A DNA stretch of 64,000 nt from assembly GCA_963696385.1 (NCBI GenBank), contig CAVOKF010000008.1:608001-672000 (forward strand). Direction: 5' to 3'. Under the pieces are notes generated by a model. It was given only the letters and a program-made list of their open reading frames with translations. It was not told where the DNA came from and made no database searches. The position numbers and the translations under genes are program-made. The DNA comes from an uncultured delta proteobacterium (GTDB taxonomy: Bacteria > Myxococcota_A > Polyangia > Polyangiales > Polyangiaceae). Below, in pieces: positions 53,676 to 63,296 of the stretch (the stretch's first letter is position 1; the number at the start of each line of letters is the position of its first letter).

Positions 53676-54845
53676 TCACAATTTCAACAACTCGATCGGC
53701 ACCGTCGGCGCTTTCGGCGCTCTCGGCACCAAGAGCCGCCGGATGGCGAGGTTCGCCGGCTTCTCGAAAAAGTGATTGGACAGCCACGCGACCCCGAACA
53801 CGAGCGACACGAAAATGAGCAGCGACCCGGCGAACGGCACACGTCCCAAGAAAGGCCACGCCAGGTAGAGCACGCTCGAGTGGAGAAGATAGCCACCGTA
53901 ACTGAGGCGCCCCGGGGACGCCAAAACCCGAAAGACGGGGTGCGCAAAGAGCGGAGCATTCAGCGCCCCCATCAAAAATAGAAACAATCCGATCGCCACG
54001 CCGGTCGATCCGAAGTTTTTGTCCCGATAGGCATTGGTCACTAGGTTCGCCGCCGCCAGCAGCAACCCGCCACTCACGCAAAGAAGAGCGCGCCCGTCTT
54101 GGCTCTTCGACAAGCGAAGCCCGTAGCGGGATGACGCGACGAAGAGCAGCGCGCCCAACGCAATCGCATCGAAATTGCCGAACGAGCCGTTGACCGCGGG
54201 CGACGGATCGCGCCAGAGCATGCGGTAGAGCGGCCCCAAGACGACGAAGAACAAAAGAAAGCGGACCAAGCGCTTCTCGGACCCGATCCACGCGAGAGCC
54301 AGCGGGTAGAAGAGATAAAATTGCTCTTCGACCGACAGCGACCAGAGCACCTCCCAGTGCAGCCCCGAGACGGGCGCGATGATCTTGTACCAATTGAACG
54401 TGAACGTACCGAGCGAGAGCCAGAAGCTCGGCGTGAGCTTCGTTTCGGCGCCCTTCAGGCAATAGAGCGTTCGCGGCTCCGAAGGGTGCGCCAAGGCGAT
54501 GAGCGTCAGACCGAGCGCAACGCAGAGCGCAAACAACGGGAAAATTCGGCCCGCTCGGCGCGCGTAAAAGGACCTGAAGTGGGGATTGAAGAGGCCCTCG
54601 GGTTGGGTCGCGATGAGTCGGGTGATCAAGAAGCCCGAGATGACGAAAAACATCGTGACGCCGTAGCGCCCGCTCTCGAACAGGTGCCGGAAGATTCGCG
54701 TGCCGAGGTCCGGCGGTCCGGCCGAAGGGATTTGCGGATGCAAGCCGGAATTGAAAAAATGAGCGACGAGCACCTGCAGGATGGACACGCCCCGAATGAC
54801 GTCGATCACCTGAATGTTCTCGTTCGGGCTCGCGCTCGTCTTCAT
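53676..54845 (-). CDS. Acyltransferase family 3 (OafA-like O-acyltransferase)
   Basis: IDVIRGVSIL, GVTMFFVISGFLIT, FYARRAGRIFP, WSLSVEEQFY, SYGGYLLH, FFEKP. Confidence 0.9.
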   Translation of the reverse strand: MKTSASPNENIQVIDVIRGVSILQVLVAHFFNSGLHPQIPSAGPPDLGTRIFRHLFESGRYGVTMFFVISGFLITRLIATQPEGLFNPHFRSFYARRAGRIFPLFALCVALGLTLIALAHPSEPRTLYCLKGAETKLTPSFWLSLGTFTFNWYKIIAPVSGLHWEVLWSLSVEEQFYLFYPLALAWIGSEKRLVRFLLFFVVLGPLYRMLWRDPSPAVNGSFGNFDAIALGALLFVASSRYGLRLSKSQDGRALLCVSGGLLLAAANLVTNAYRDKNFGSTGVAIGLFLFLMGALNAPLFAHPVFRVLASPGRLSYGGYLLHSSVLYLAWPFLGRVPFAGSLLIFVSLVFGVAWLSNHFFEKPANLAIRRLLVPRAPKAPTVPIELLKL

Positions 54846-55148
54846 CGACACCCTGGGATCGGGGCGAAGGTCAGCCACGCACGGACATCGGCCATTCGCC
54901 GAGACTACGCGGACTGCGAGGTACGAGGAAACCCCCGGGGCCGAAAGCGAGGTCGCCCGTGATCGGCGTGTCCCGGTGTGCCAACGCATTGACTCGTAAC
55001 CCCGCCGAGGAGCCGCAACGGCGCCGAACATGGCACAATCGACCCCTTGGCCTGCGATGTGCAGCGCCGCACGGGTTCTGCGCCGACCGAGCGAAGTGGG
55101 GCTCGCCGTCGTCGAGATTGAAATGCTGGCACGAGCCTGAGGGGAGCC

Positions 55149-56423
55149 ATGGCAATGCGACAATCGATCGGTTCGGCGGTGCTCGGGTGTGTTGCGATGG
55201 CGGCGCTCGGCGGATGCGCAACGCCTGCCGAGCAAGAGGCCGAAAAGGGGCTGCAGGCGTTCGAGAGCTGTGACCTTCGAAGCGCCAGCCAGGATTTTGC
55301 GAGTGCCCACAATCTCGACCCTGCCCGCGCCGACTTCGCGCTCGCCTACGCCTTGAGCACAATCGCCGTACTCCCCGAGGACCCCAACGTAACGACGGTA
55401 CTTCTCAAGATGGGGTTCACCGCGCCGATCGACTCATCGATTCTCTGGGGTCAAGGCGGCGTGCTCGACCAGCTCGCCGCTCGCGATGCCACTTGCCAGT
55501 CGATCTCGAATTACATCCGATCCCATCTTGCCTATGCACCGGCGCAGACCAATGGGCCCTCGGCGGCATCGGTCATCGCGGACCCCACGCTGAGCGGAAC
55601 GGACTTCGCCGGGGCCGCGGCAGCGCTCGCGCCTCGCCTGGAAAGCCTGGTCGCAGCCCTCGAGCAGGGAGCCGGTGCCACGACCGGGTTCGATATCCAA
55701 GGCGGATGCGGAGTCGGATCGGTCCATGTCGAAGCCCCTGAGCTCTACGGGTTGGCCGTGGTCCTCGAGCTGATCGTCGCGAGCATTCAGGCGATGCAAG
55801 CCTACGATTGGGGTCTTCCTGCAACGCTCGTCTTCGACCCGTCCGGGCAAGAACAGGCCTTTGCCAATGCCCTGAACGCGCACCTCTTCCACCTCGTGGA
55901 TGCGGCGTCGCTGCAGACGGCCCTGCCGACGACGTTGCATGCGTTCACTCTGCTTCAAGAGGGGGTCGCCGCCGCGCAGGCGATCTCTTCGCGGCCGCCG
56001 AACTCACTTTTCGATTGGCCCGCGTTGCCGTCGCAAGTGCTGGCGGACGTTCAGACCTTCGCGGTCGGCTTCCAGCAGGTGCTGACGATGGCTGGCCCGC
56101 AGCCCCTACCCTTCTTCGATCCGGCCCTGATGATGAATGGTCTGTCGTTTTTCGATTCCCCCGTGGACCTCACCGGCGTCACGCCGCCCATCTGGTCCGC
56201 CGTGGCGGATTCGAGCGGCGACGGTGGGTACGAGCTCGAATCTTCGTCCGACGGCGCTCAGCCGCAACTCGTGCCGCGATTCTCGCCGAATCCGTTTGCG
56301 GCGGGCGCTCCGGGCTATTCGTTCACGATGTTCAGCGGATGGCAGAACATCTCTTCGGATACCTGGACGATGACGTTCGATCCCGACAACCGATGGCAGG
56401 GGGTCTACGGCTGCTCGAACTAG
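55149..56423 (+). CDS. Hypothetical lipoprotein
   Basis: GGGGAG ribosome-binding site, lipobox LGG-C, 424-aa ORF with a TPR-like start. Confidence 0.7.
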   Translation: MAMRQSIGSAVLGCVAMAALGGCATPAEQEAEKGLQAFESCDLRSASQDFASAHNLDPARADFALAYALSTIAVLPEDPNVTTVLLKMGFTAPIDSSILWGQGGVLDQLAARDATCQSISNYIRSHLAYAPAQTNGPSAASVIADPTLSGTDFAGAAAALAPRLESLVAALEQGAGATTGFDIQGGCGVGSVHVEAPELYGLAVVLELIVASIQAMQAYDWGLPATLVFDPSGQEQAFANALNAHLFHLVDAASLQTALPTTLHAFTLLQEGVAAAQAISSRPPNSLFDWPALPSQVLADVQTFAVGFQQVLTMAGPQPLPFFDPALMMNGLSFFDSPVDLTGVTPPIWSAVADSSGDGGYELESSSDGAQPQLVPRFSPNPFAAGAPGYSFTMFSGWQNISSDTWTMTFDPDNRWQGVYGCSN

Positions 56424-56504
56424 ATGGCCTCGTAACTCGCCAGGACCGCGCGCCGCCGACTTGGGCAAAAACGCCGGAGGACGTTGCCGCGATCGTCGAC
56501 CCTC

Positions 56505-59244
56505 TCACTCAGCGCCGAGGATCGATGTGACCCAAACGCGCTCTGCCTGAAGCAGCTCGATGGCGCGCCCGAGTCCCACCTCGGCGGCGACGGCCTTGAG
56601 CAGATTCTCGGCCGAGTCGCTCCAAGGGGCCGACGGTCCGTTGCCGGGCGGGCCGGCGGGCTTTGAGGGGGTCCCTGTCGGAAGGGGCTCCGGCGCCTCG
56701 ATGCGATCGGCCTCGTCCGGAGTCGGTTCGGCGGGACGCAGGTCGAGGGGATCGGTCGGCGCGTCCTCATCGTCGACCGCGGAGTCGGCCTCGCCCAAAA
56801 AGGGGTCGGCCCCTGCCCCGTCACCGGCCCCCGCGGGGGCGCCCCCGTTCGTTCCGCTTGCGTCATCGACCTCGCGGGGCGCAGGCCTTGCAGGCGCTTC
56901 GGCCAGCGCGCCCGGATCGACGATGCGCTCGACACGCGTGAGAAAAGAGGCCGCCGCGTCGAACGCAATCTCGTCGCTCGACCCATCGAAGAGACCCGAG
57001 AACAGCGCCTGCTTGGCGCCGACCAGCCCGGCGATGCGCGCTTCGATCAATCCCTCCGACACGAGATTGTAGACGTCGATGGGCCGCCTCTGTCCGTGAC
57101 GATGAATGCGGGCGATGCGCTGTTCGAGCACCGCCGGATTCCACGGCAGTTCCAGATTGATGCACGCGCTGCCAGCCTTCTGCAGATTGAGGCCTACGCC
57201 GCCCGCATCGCTCAGAAACATCACCCGCACTCGCGGATCGTCGTGAAAATCGACCACACTGCGCGTGCGCTGCGACAGCTTCTCGGCGCCCGTGAAGAAC
57301 ACCGCGCGCAGCCCCTCGTCGCCCAGCACGTCGCGCACGCTCCACTCCGCCAACCGCAGCATGCGGCGCCATTGGCTGAAGACGACGATTTTGCGGCCCT
57401 GGCTGACGGCCAGGTCCGCGATGAGACGCCGCAGCTCGACGAGCTTGGGCGAAAAGAGCCCCTCGAGCCGCGACGCGTCGGGACGCACCGTGCTGAGGTC
57501 CGGCCAGATCGCCTCGAAGCGCAACTGGCCCAGGCCGTTGGCGATGATGCGCTGCTGCGTGAGAAGCTGCATGAGCTTGAGAAACTCCGCCTGCAGCAGC
57601 GGGCGATGCTTGCCTATTTGCACGAGCCGCTTGATGGGTTGTGCGAGCTCGTCGTGCTCGATCGCCTGCTCGGCGGTGAGCTCCACGGGCACGCGCGTAT
57701 CGGTGCGTGGCGGCAGCTGCCCGAGGACGTCTTTTCTCAAACGGCGGACCAGGCACGGGCCCAGCCGCGAGCGAAGGGTGTCGAGGTTACGCGCACCCGC
57801 CTTGCCCGTGCGGCTGCCGTCGCCCTCCCACTTCGTGTACCACGGCACGAGACGCCACTTGGGCGAGAGCGCGACGTCGTCGACCCAATCGAGGATCGAC
57901 GCGAGCTCCTCGAGACGGTTCTCCATCGGCGTACCCGTCAGAACAAGACGGTATTCGGGACGCAGCGCTTTCACGTAAACGGCCGACTTGGTCGCGTAGT
58001 TCTTGATGCGCTGAGCCTCGTCGAGCACCACCATCTCGGGTTCGACCTCGTAGACGTACGCGCCGTCGCGCAGCAGCTGCTCGTAGTTGACAATGAGAAA
58101 ACCTTCCCGAAGCGCACGATATTGGCGGACGCGATCGGCGGCCGTCCCCTCGACAATCGCGGCGGGAACGTGGGTCGTCTCCTGCCACTCGCGCAGCCAC
58201 TGCCCTTTGAGGCTCGACGGCACGATGACCAGACCTCGACGCACACGCTTCGACTCGAAGAGGGCGTGGCACGCCGCGATGGCTTGGATGGTCTTGCCCA
58301 ACCCCATGTCATCGGCCAGCAGCAGCCGCCCCGCCGCCAGGAAGCGTTCTACGCCTTGCTGCTGGTACGGATACAAGCGCCGCTGCAGCGTGCCCAGGGT
58401 GGAAAGCGCCCTGGGGGCCAACCGGACATTGCGCCCTTGTCTCTCGGCGCGGTCGAGCTCTTCGACGACGATGGCCCGGGCGGCCGGCGTCGCGTCGAGG
58501 GGCCCGGGCGAGTCCTGTGCGACCAGCGCCCGAAGCGAAGAAAGCAGCGGGCGACGACGTTCCGGATCGAGACGCACCTCAGAATTCAAGGCCCCGCCCG
58601 AAAATGCCCGCAAGGCCCGGGTCAGATGCCCATCGGCCACAGTCTTCGAACCGACCGGCAGAGGGCCGGGCGTCGGCATGTCGAGGCGAAGGCCGACCAA
58701 GCGATCGAATCTCGCCGGCAAGAGGCAGGTCGGGCTCCCAGCGGATCCTCGGCCCGCGATCGATGATCTCGGCGCTCTGGCGCACGCCGCGCGCAAGGCG
58801 ACGGCGACTGCGAAACACGTGGTCCAGCACGACGAGACCGTGCTTGCAAAGGCCGAGCGAGCTGCGAAGGAAATCCGGACAATCGCAGCTCGTCACGAGA
58901 GGGCTGAGGCTCTCGAGCAGGGTCGCGTAGGGGCGCTTCTCACGAGCGCGACCTTTGCGCCGCCCCGTCACGTACATCCCGAGCACGCTCCCGCCGTCGG
59001 GCCTGCGGGCGACCACCAGTCCGTCCCGCTCGGCGAACGCCCAGCGCCGCACGAGAGCTTCGAGGGCCGCCTCGCGGACCGCGAAATCCGACCCGGCGGT
59101 GCGAGTCAAGAGGTGTTCGACCAGCGCGTCGGGGCCGATCGATCCGAAGCGGCGACGCGCCGAATCGACGAGCGTCTGACGCGTCTCTTCGAGACTCACT
59201 ACCGGGGCGGCGGCATCGGCCGCCCAAAGCACGATCGCCGACAT
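56505..59244 (-). CDS. SWIM zinc-finger SNF2-family helicase (one +1 frameshift at about 58710)
   Basis: SCDCPDF...CKH (SWIM); LADDMGLGKT, DEAQ, TGTPMEN, VFSQW, GVGLNL, WNPAVLEQRIARIHRHGQ. Confidence 0.88.
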
Positions 59245-59321
59245 GAGGCCGACAGGTAACCGATCGGAACGGCGACGGGAAGAGCCATCCGGAGGACGGG
59301 AACGGCGCGCCGCCACGCGCT

Positions 59322-59909
59322 TCACGTCTCGGCTCTGCGCAGGACCTCCTCGAGCTTGGCGTTCAAGTCCTGGCGACGGTGAAATCCGCGTTCCTCGATC
59401 CGTCGCAGATTCTCCCGGACGCGTTCGAGGTCGAGGTTGGGATTGACCTCGATCAGCGAGCGGGCGTCCATCCAATCTTGCAGCCGCCGCGCATCCATGG
59501 ACAGCACTTTCATGGACAGGAGCTCTTCCGGTTGCGCGACGAAAACCTCGCCTGCACCCTCCACCGACACCGTCGTCGCGCGGAAGACGATCTCGTGCTC
59601 GATGCCGGAGCTCGCTGTGAGAAGATCGACGGTCACCCCCGAGGGCGAGCGCATGCGAACCGTGGCCACGCGCTGTGCATCCTCGTGCTCGACGATGGCG
59701 AGGACGTCGTAGCGTCGGTTGCGAAAGTCACGGACCAATGCCTCGACGGCCTCGTCGTCGGGCATGTCGAGTGCCAGATCCACGTCACGCGTGAAGCGGA
59801 CCTCGGCGCGGAGCGAAACGCCGAAACCACCGACGACCGCGTAACCGACCGACCGAGCGGTCAGATCGGCGGTCGCGCGCCGGAGCGCCGCGAGAGGGTC
59901 AGCCGTCAT
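59322..59909 (-). CDS. Nucleotidyltransferase (AbiEii/DUF6036-like)
   Basis: YAVVGGFGV, RFTRDVDL, ELLSMKV...QDWMD. Confidence 0.78.
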   Translation of the reverse strand: MTADPLAALRRATADLTARSVGYAVVGGFGVSLRAEVRFTRDVDLALDMPDDEAVEALVRDFRNRRYDVLAIVEHEDAQRVATVRMRSPSGVTVDLLTASSGIEHEIVFRATTVSVEGAGEVFVAQPEELLSMKVLSMDARRLQDWMDARSLIEVNPNLDLERVRENLRRIEERGFHRRQDLNAKLEEVLRRAET

Positions 59910-60096
59910 CGTGGCGCTCGAGCCACCGCGCGAATCTCTGGTCGAGCTCCTCTTGGGACGCCCCCGGCGATCGGGCGCGCAGCGCCGAGCGCTTGAGCGC
60001 GAACCCGGCGCGAATCACTTGGATGAGCTGTACGGCTCGCTCCTCCGGCGAGGTTCGACGGGCGCGCTCCAAGTCGTCGCGTTCGAGCCGATCCAC
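59899..60096 (-). CDS. Small partner protein of the nucleotidyltransferase (putative antitoxin)
   Basis: About 65 aa (TSPEER...RARSPGASQEELDQRFARWL); overlaps the NTase start. Confidence 0.6.
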   Translation of the reverse strand: MDRLERDDLERARRTSPEERAVQLIQVIRAGFALKRSALRARSPGASQEELDQRFARWLERHDDG

Positions 60097-60291
60097 GGCG
60101 CAAAGGATAGCTGATTCACCGCATGCCAAACGTCGAGAACGATCAAGGGCGCGGCCTTCACGGCCGCCAAGTCGGCGAAATCCCTTACTCCGTCATGGGG
60201 CGAAACACCTCGAAACGCCCCTGTCGAACTTGACACGGTAGGCATAAGAAGGGGGGGTGCGGTCGGAAAGCGAACCGGCAACCCTCAGGCA

Positions 60292-60708
60292 TCAACTCTC
60301 GGACGCCAACCAGCCTTCCGCACGCAGCAAGGCCAACGCATCTCGGCTGAATCGCTCGGCGTCCGCCAGCTCCGCAGCGGCATCGTCCGCCGAAAAGGTC
60401 ACCGCCGCGTCGTAGTCGGCGAGCTCTCGGGAGCGCTGAAGACCCGCGAGCAGACGATTGTGCGAAGACGGCAGACTGCCTGTGCGAACGAATTCGGTAT
60501 TGAGAAGGTGAATCGCACCCGCGTGCGTCTTCGCCTCGACTCCGCGCATTAACAGCAAGGCTCGGACCAAATGAAAGACGGCATAGTACGAACGCGAGAT
60601 CGCATCCGGGTGCAACTCGAGCCCGACCAGCGCGCGGGCAGCGTTCATGGCCTGCGCCGCGCGTGCGACCGCGTCGGCGATGTTGCGGCGCCGATTTTCC
60701 TCGGTCAC
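60292..60708 (-). CDS. HEPN domain protein
   Basis: AISRSYYAVFH, KTHAG, RELADY. Confidence 0.88.
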   Translation of the reverse strand: MTEENRRRNIADAVARAAQAMNAARALVGLELHPDAISRSYYAVFHLVRALLLMRGVEAKTHAGAIHLLNTEFVRTGSLPSSHNRLLAGLQRSRELADYDAAVTFSADDAAAELADAERFSRDALALLRAEGWLASES

Positions 60709-61049
60709 AGGGGCACCGCGTCGCGCGCAATCTCGCGGGCAATGAGTCGTTCACGGTCGCGAAGTTCGGTCATCCTCGCGGTGCTCACCGCGAATGGGGA
60801 GACCAGCACGTCGTGGTGCGTGAGCGCGTCGCCCGCCAGGTGCGCCACCGAGCGCCCCTCTGCATGGGTCATGTCGTCGATGACGACCAGGACATCGACG
60901 TCCGATTCCTCGTTTCCTTCTCCCCGCGCTCGCGAACCAAAGAGCGCAAGTTCGCGCAGCCGCGGACCAAACTGAACGCGGACGGCCCCACAAAATTCCT
61001 GCAATGCCGCGTGCTCGCGTTCGAAGAGCGTCGGCTTGGCCCGTTGCAT
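60705..61049 (-). CDS. Minimal nucleotidyltransferase (MNT)
   Basis: LFGSRARGE...SDVDVLVV; 4-nt overlap with the HEPN gene. Confidence 0.88.
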   Translation of the reverse strand: MQRAKPTLFEREHAALQEFCGAVRVQFGPRLRELALFGSRARGEGNEESDVDVLVVIDDMTHAEGRSVAHLAGDALTHHDVLVSPFAVSTARMTELRDRERLIAREIARDAVPL

Positions 61050-61359
61050 CGGCGGCATTGTAGCGTCGCCGACCACGGCGGGTGAGCGGCGCGGAATCGG
61101 GCCGACCCACTGAATCCGTTGCGCTTCATTGGGGTCGGTTTCTCCAGCGCCGCACCGCTCGGGACAGTGAGATGGACCTGCGCGGCCATGGCATTTGGGA
61201 AGCGCTCCAGTCGGCCGTATGCTGGCGACTGTCGTAGGCTGCCGGCTCGGGAAGCCCCCTGGCGCTCGGCCCCTCCCCGCTGCGCGGCGGCTCGTCTGGC
61301 GGGCACGTCGGCGGCGCCTGCAGGCGCCGCGCGGAGTCTTTGCGCTACACTCGATCGGC

Positions 61360-61995
61360 ATGACGATCGCGGCGCGCGAGCCTCGGGCACGAGCCCATCG
61401 ATTCGCCGGCGTCCCGGTGCGGTCGGCGACGGTCGATCAACGCGTGATTCTGAACGGCATTTCCTGGCGCGATTACGGTGTCCTGCGCGAGCTGCTCGAC
61501 AGCCCCGGTTTGCGGATGACGTATCTCGAGGGAACGTTGGAGATCATGAGCCCTTCCCGCCTCCATGAGGACGTGAAAACGCGGATCGCCAGGCTCCTGG
61601 AGCTCTATGCGCTCGAGCGCGATATTGCCCTCTACGGCTACGGCTCGACGACCTTCAAGCACGAGCCCAAAGAGCGAGGTCTCGAGCCGGACGAGTGTTA
61701 CGTCGTCGGCAAACCCCAAACGGAAGGATTTCCCGAACTCGCGATCGAAGTCATCGTGACGAGCGGCGGCCTCGACAAGCTCGAGGTGTACCGCGGGCTG
61801 GGCGTGCGCGAGGTCTGGGTGTGGGACGAGGGCCGGATCTCGGTCTACGTGTTGGGTCCGGACGGCTACGAAGAGCGCTCGGCGAGTGAGGTCATCGCGG
61901 GAATCGATCTCGACGCGATCGCGCAGCTCGCGGGCGAAGCCGACCAGCACGCCGCCTTGAAACAGCTGCGCGACCGACTTCGTGCCGGTGGATGA
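61360..61995 (+). CDS. Uma2-family endonuclease
   Basis: ISWRDY, TYLEGTLEIMSP...H, EPDECY, PELAIEV, KLEVYRGLGVREVW. Confidence 0.9.
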   Translation: MTIAAREPRARAHRFAGVPVRSATVDQRVILNGISWRDYGVLRELLDSPGLRMTYLEGTLEIMSPSRLHEDVKTRIARLLELYALERDIALYGYGSTTFKHEPKERGLEPDECYVVGKPQTEGFPELAIEVIVTSGGLDKLEVYRGLGVREVWVWDEGRISVYVLGPDGYEERSASEVIAGIDLDAIAQLAGEADQHAALKQLRDRLRAGG

Positions 61996-62236
61996 TCCAA
62001 GCGAAAAAGAAACGGCCGAACGGACGGACGCGCGCTCCGCTCAGGCATCCACTCTCGGACGCCGAGCGAAGCGGCTCCAAGCAGCCCCAAGGCCCTCGGC
62101 GCGCACCGGGGCGCGGGGCAATGCCCTATCCCACCGGCTCTCCAGTCTCGTCATCCGGCCCGAAGCGAGGTCGGCACGCAGTGGGGGCGTGAATAGCGGG
62201 CAGGCCTGACGGCGGGAGCTCGTGCTATGGGCCCTC

Positions 62237-62845
62237 ATGGCGGTCGCCTTCTCGTGGCCCGAAGTCGCGGACGAACCCAAAGAGCAGCGCATGCTGCTTC
62301 ACAGTATTTCGTGGAAGGAATACGTCATCCTGCGCGAGCTTCTCGACGGGCCGAGCCTTCGGATGACGTACGTCCAAGGAGCGTTGGAGATCATGAGTCC
62401 GTCGCCGGAGCACGAGTTGTGGAAAACGAACATCGCCCGCTTGGTGGAGCTCTTCGCGCACGTGAAGGGCATCGACCTCTACGGCTACGGTTCGACTACC
62501 TTCAAGAAGGAGGCTCAGCAGCGGGGCGCGGAGCCGGACGAATGCTACTTGGTGGGCAAGAAGCTCCACGATTTTCCAGAGATCGTGCTCGAAGTGATCC
62601 ATTCGTCGCCCTTGCTCAACAAGCTCGAGGTCTACGCGGCGATGGGCGTCCGCGAGGTTTGGGTCTTCAAAGATGGCGCGTTCAGTCTGGTCGCGTTCGA
62701 CCCGGAGACAGGTGCGTTCCGGCACGCCGAACGCAGCGCGCTCGTGCCGTCGCTCGATTTTGCCGTCGTGGCTCGCTACGCCGTGCGGACCGACACGCCC
62801 CAAGCGCTGCGCGAGTTCGAGAACGAGATCCGCTCGAGCCGGTAG
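62237..62845 (+). CDS. Uma2-family endonuclease (paralogue of the upstream gene)
   Basis: ISWKEY, LEIMSPSPEHE, EPDECY, PEIVLEV, KLEVYAAMGVREVW. Confidence 0.9.
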   Translation: MAVAFSWPEVADEPKEQRMLLHSISWKEYVILRELLDGPSLRMTYVQGALEIMSPSPEHELWKTNIARLVELFAHVKGIDLYGYGSTTFKKEAQQRGAEPDECYLVGKKLHDFPEIVLEVIHSSPLLNKLEVYAAMGVREVWVFKDGAFSLVAFDPETGAFRHAERSALVPSLDFAVVARYAVRTDTPQALREFENEIRSSR

Positions 62846-63290
62846 GTTAGGCCGCGATTCGGTGGCTTGTCCGATGGCACGACTATGAGTCTTGACTAAT
62901 AACATCCGAAGCTCATATTCAGCTGTTCTTGCGGGGCGCTTTACTTAGGTTGCCCACAGAGACGCGATATCCAGTTCGATCGCGTCGAACGGCTCGGCCC
63001 GCACGACCGCGTCGTCTCGCCACGTGCCGACGACCCTGTACTCTCGCGCTAAGCCTTTCGTGAACCGCGCGCCCCTGCCGAATGGCTGACAAATCCACGA
63101 CTTTTTGCCCCAAAAAGCGATCGAGGTGGCGGCCGACACGCGTCGCAATCGGGCGGGGGTTCGAGGGGCGCGGTTTCGGGATCACGAGTGCCACATAGTG
63201 GCGCGGGCAATCGGCGTATAGCCCCAGGTATCCGCCTCGGCTCTCGAGTGGACGGCAAACCGGTAGGTTGGGCCGGGATTCGGTGGCTTG
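62839..63290. repeat. 31-bp direct repeats (29/31 identical) at 62839-62869 and 63260-63290
   Basis: ccggtaggttaggccgcgattcggtggcttg versus ccggtaggttgggccgggattcggtggcttg. Confidence 0.85.
62945..63050 (-). pseudogene. C-terminal fragment of another Uma2-type gene
   Basis: YRVVGTWRDDAVVRAEPFDAIELDIASLW is a typical Uma2 C-terminus. Confidence 0.65.
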
Positions 63291-63296
63291 AGCGCG

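Noticed and set aside
37755..58766. Long antisense ORFs (for example 37755-38972, 39811-41112, 57096-58766)
   Set aside because: Shadow frames of real genes caused by high GC3.
60130..60290. Possible structured RNA or riboswitch between the TA modules
   Set aside because: Short hairpins only; no SRP RNA or c-di-GMP riboswitch consensus recognisable.
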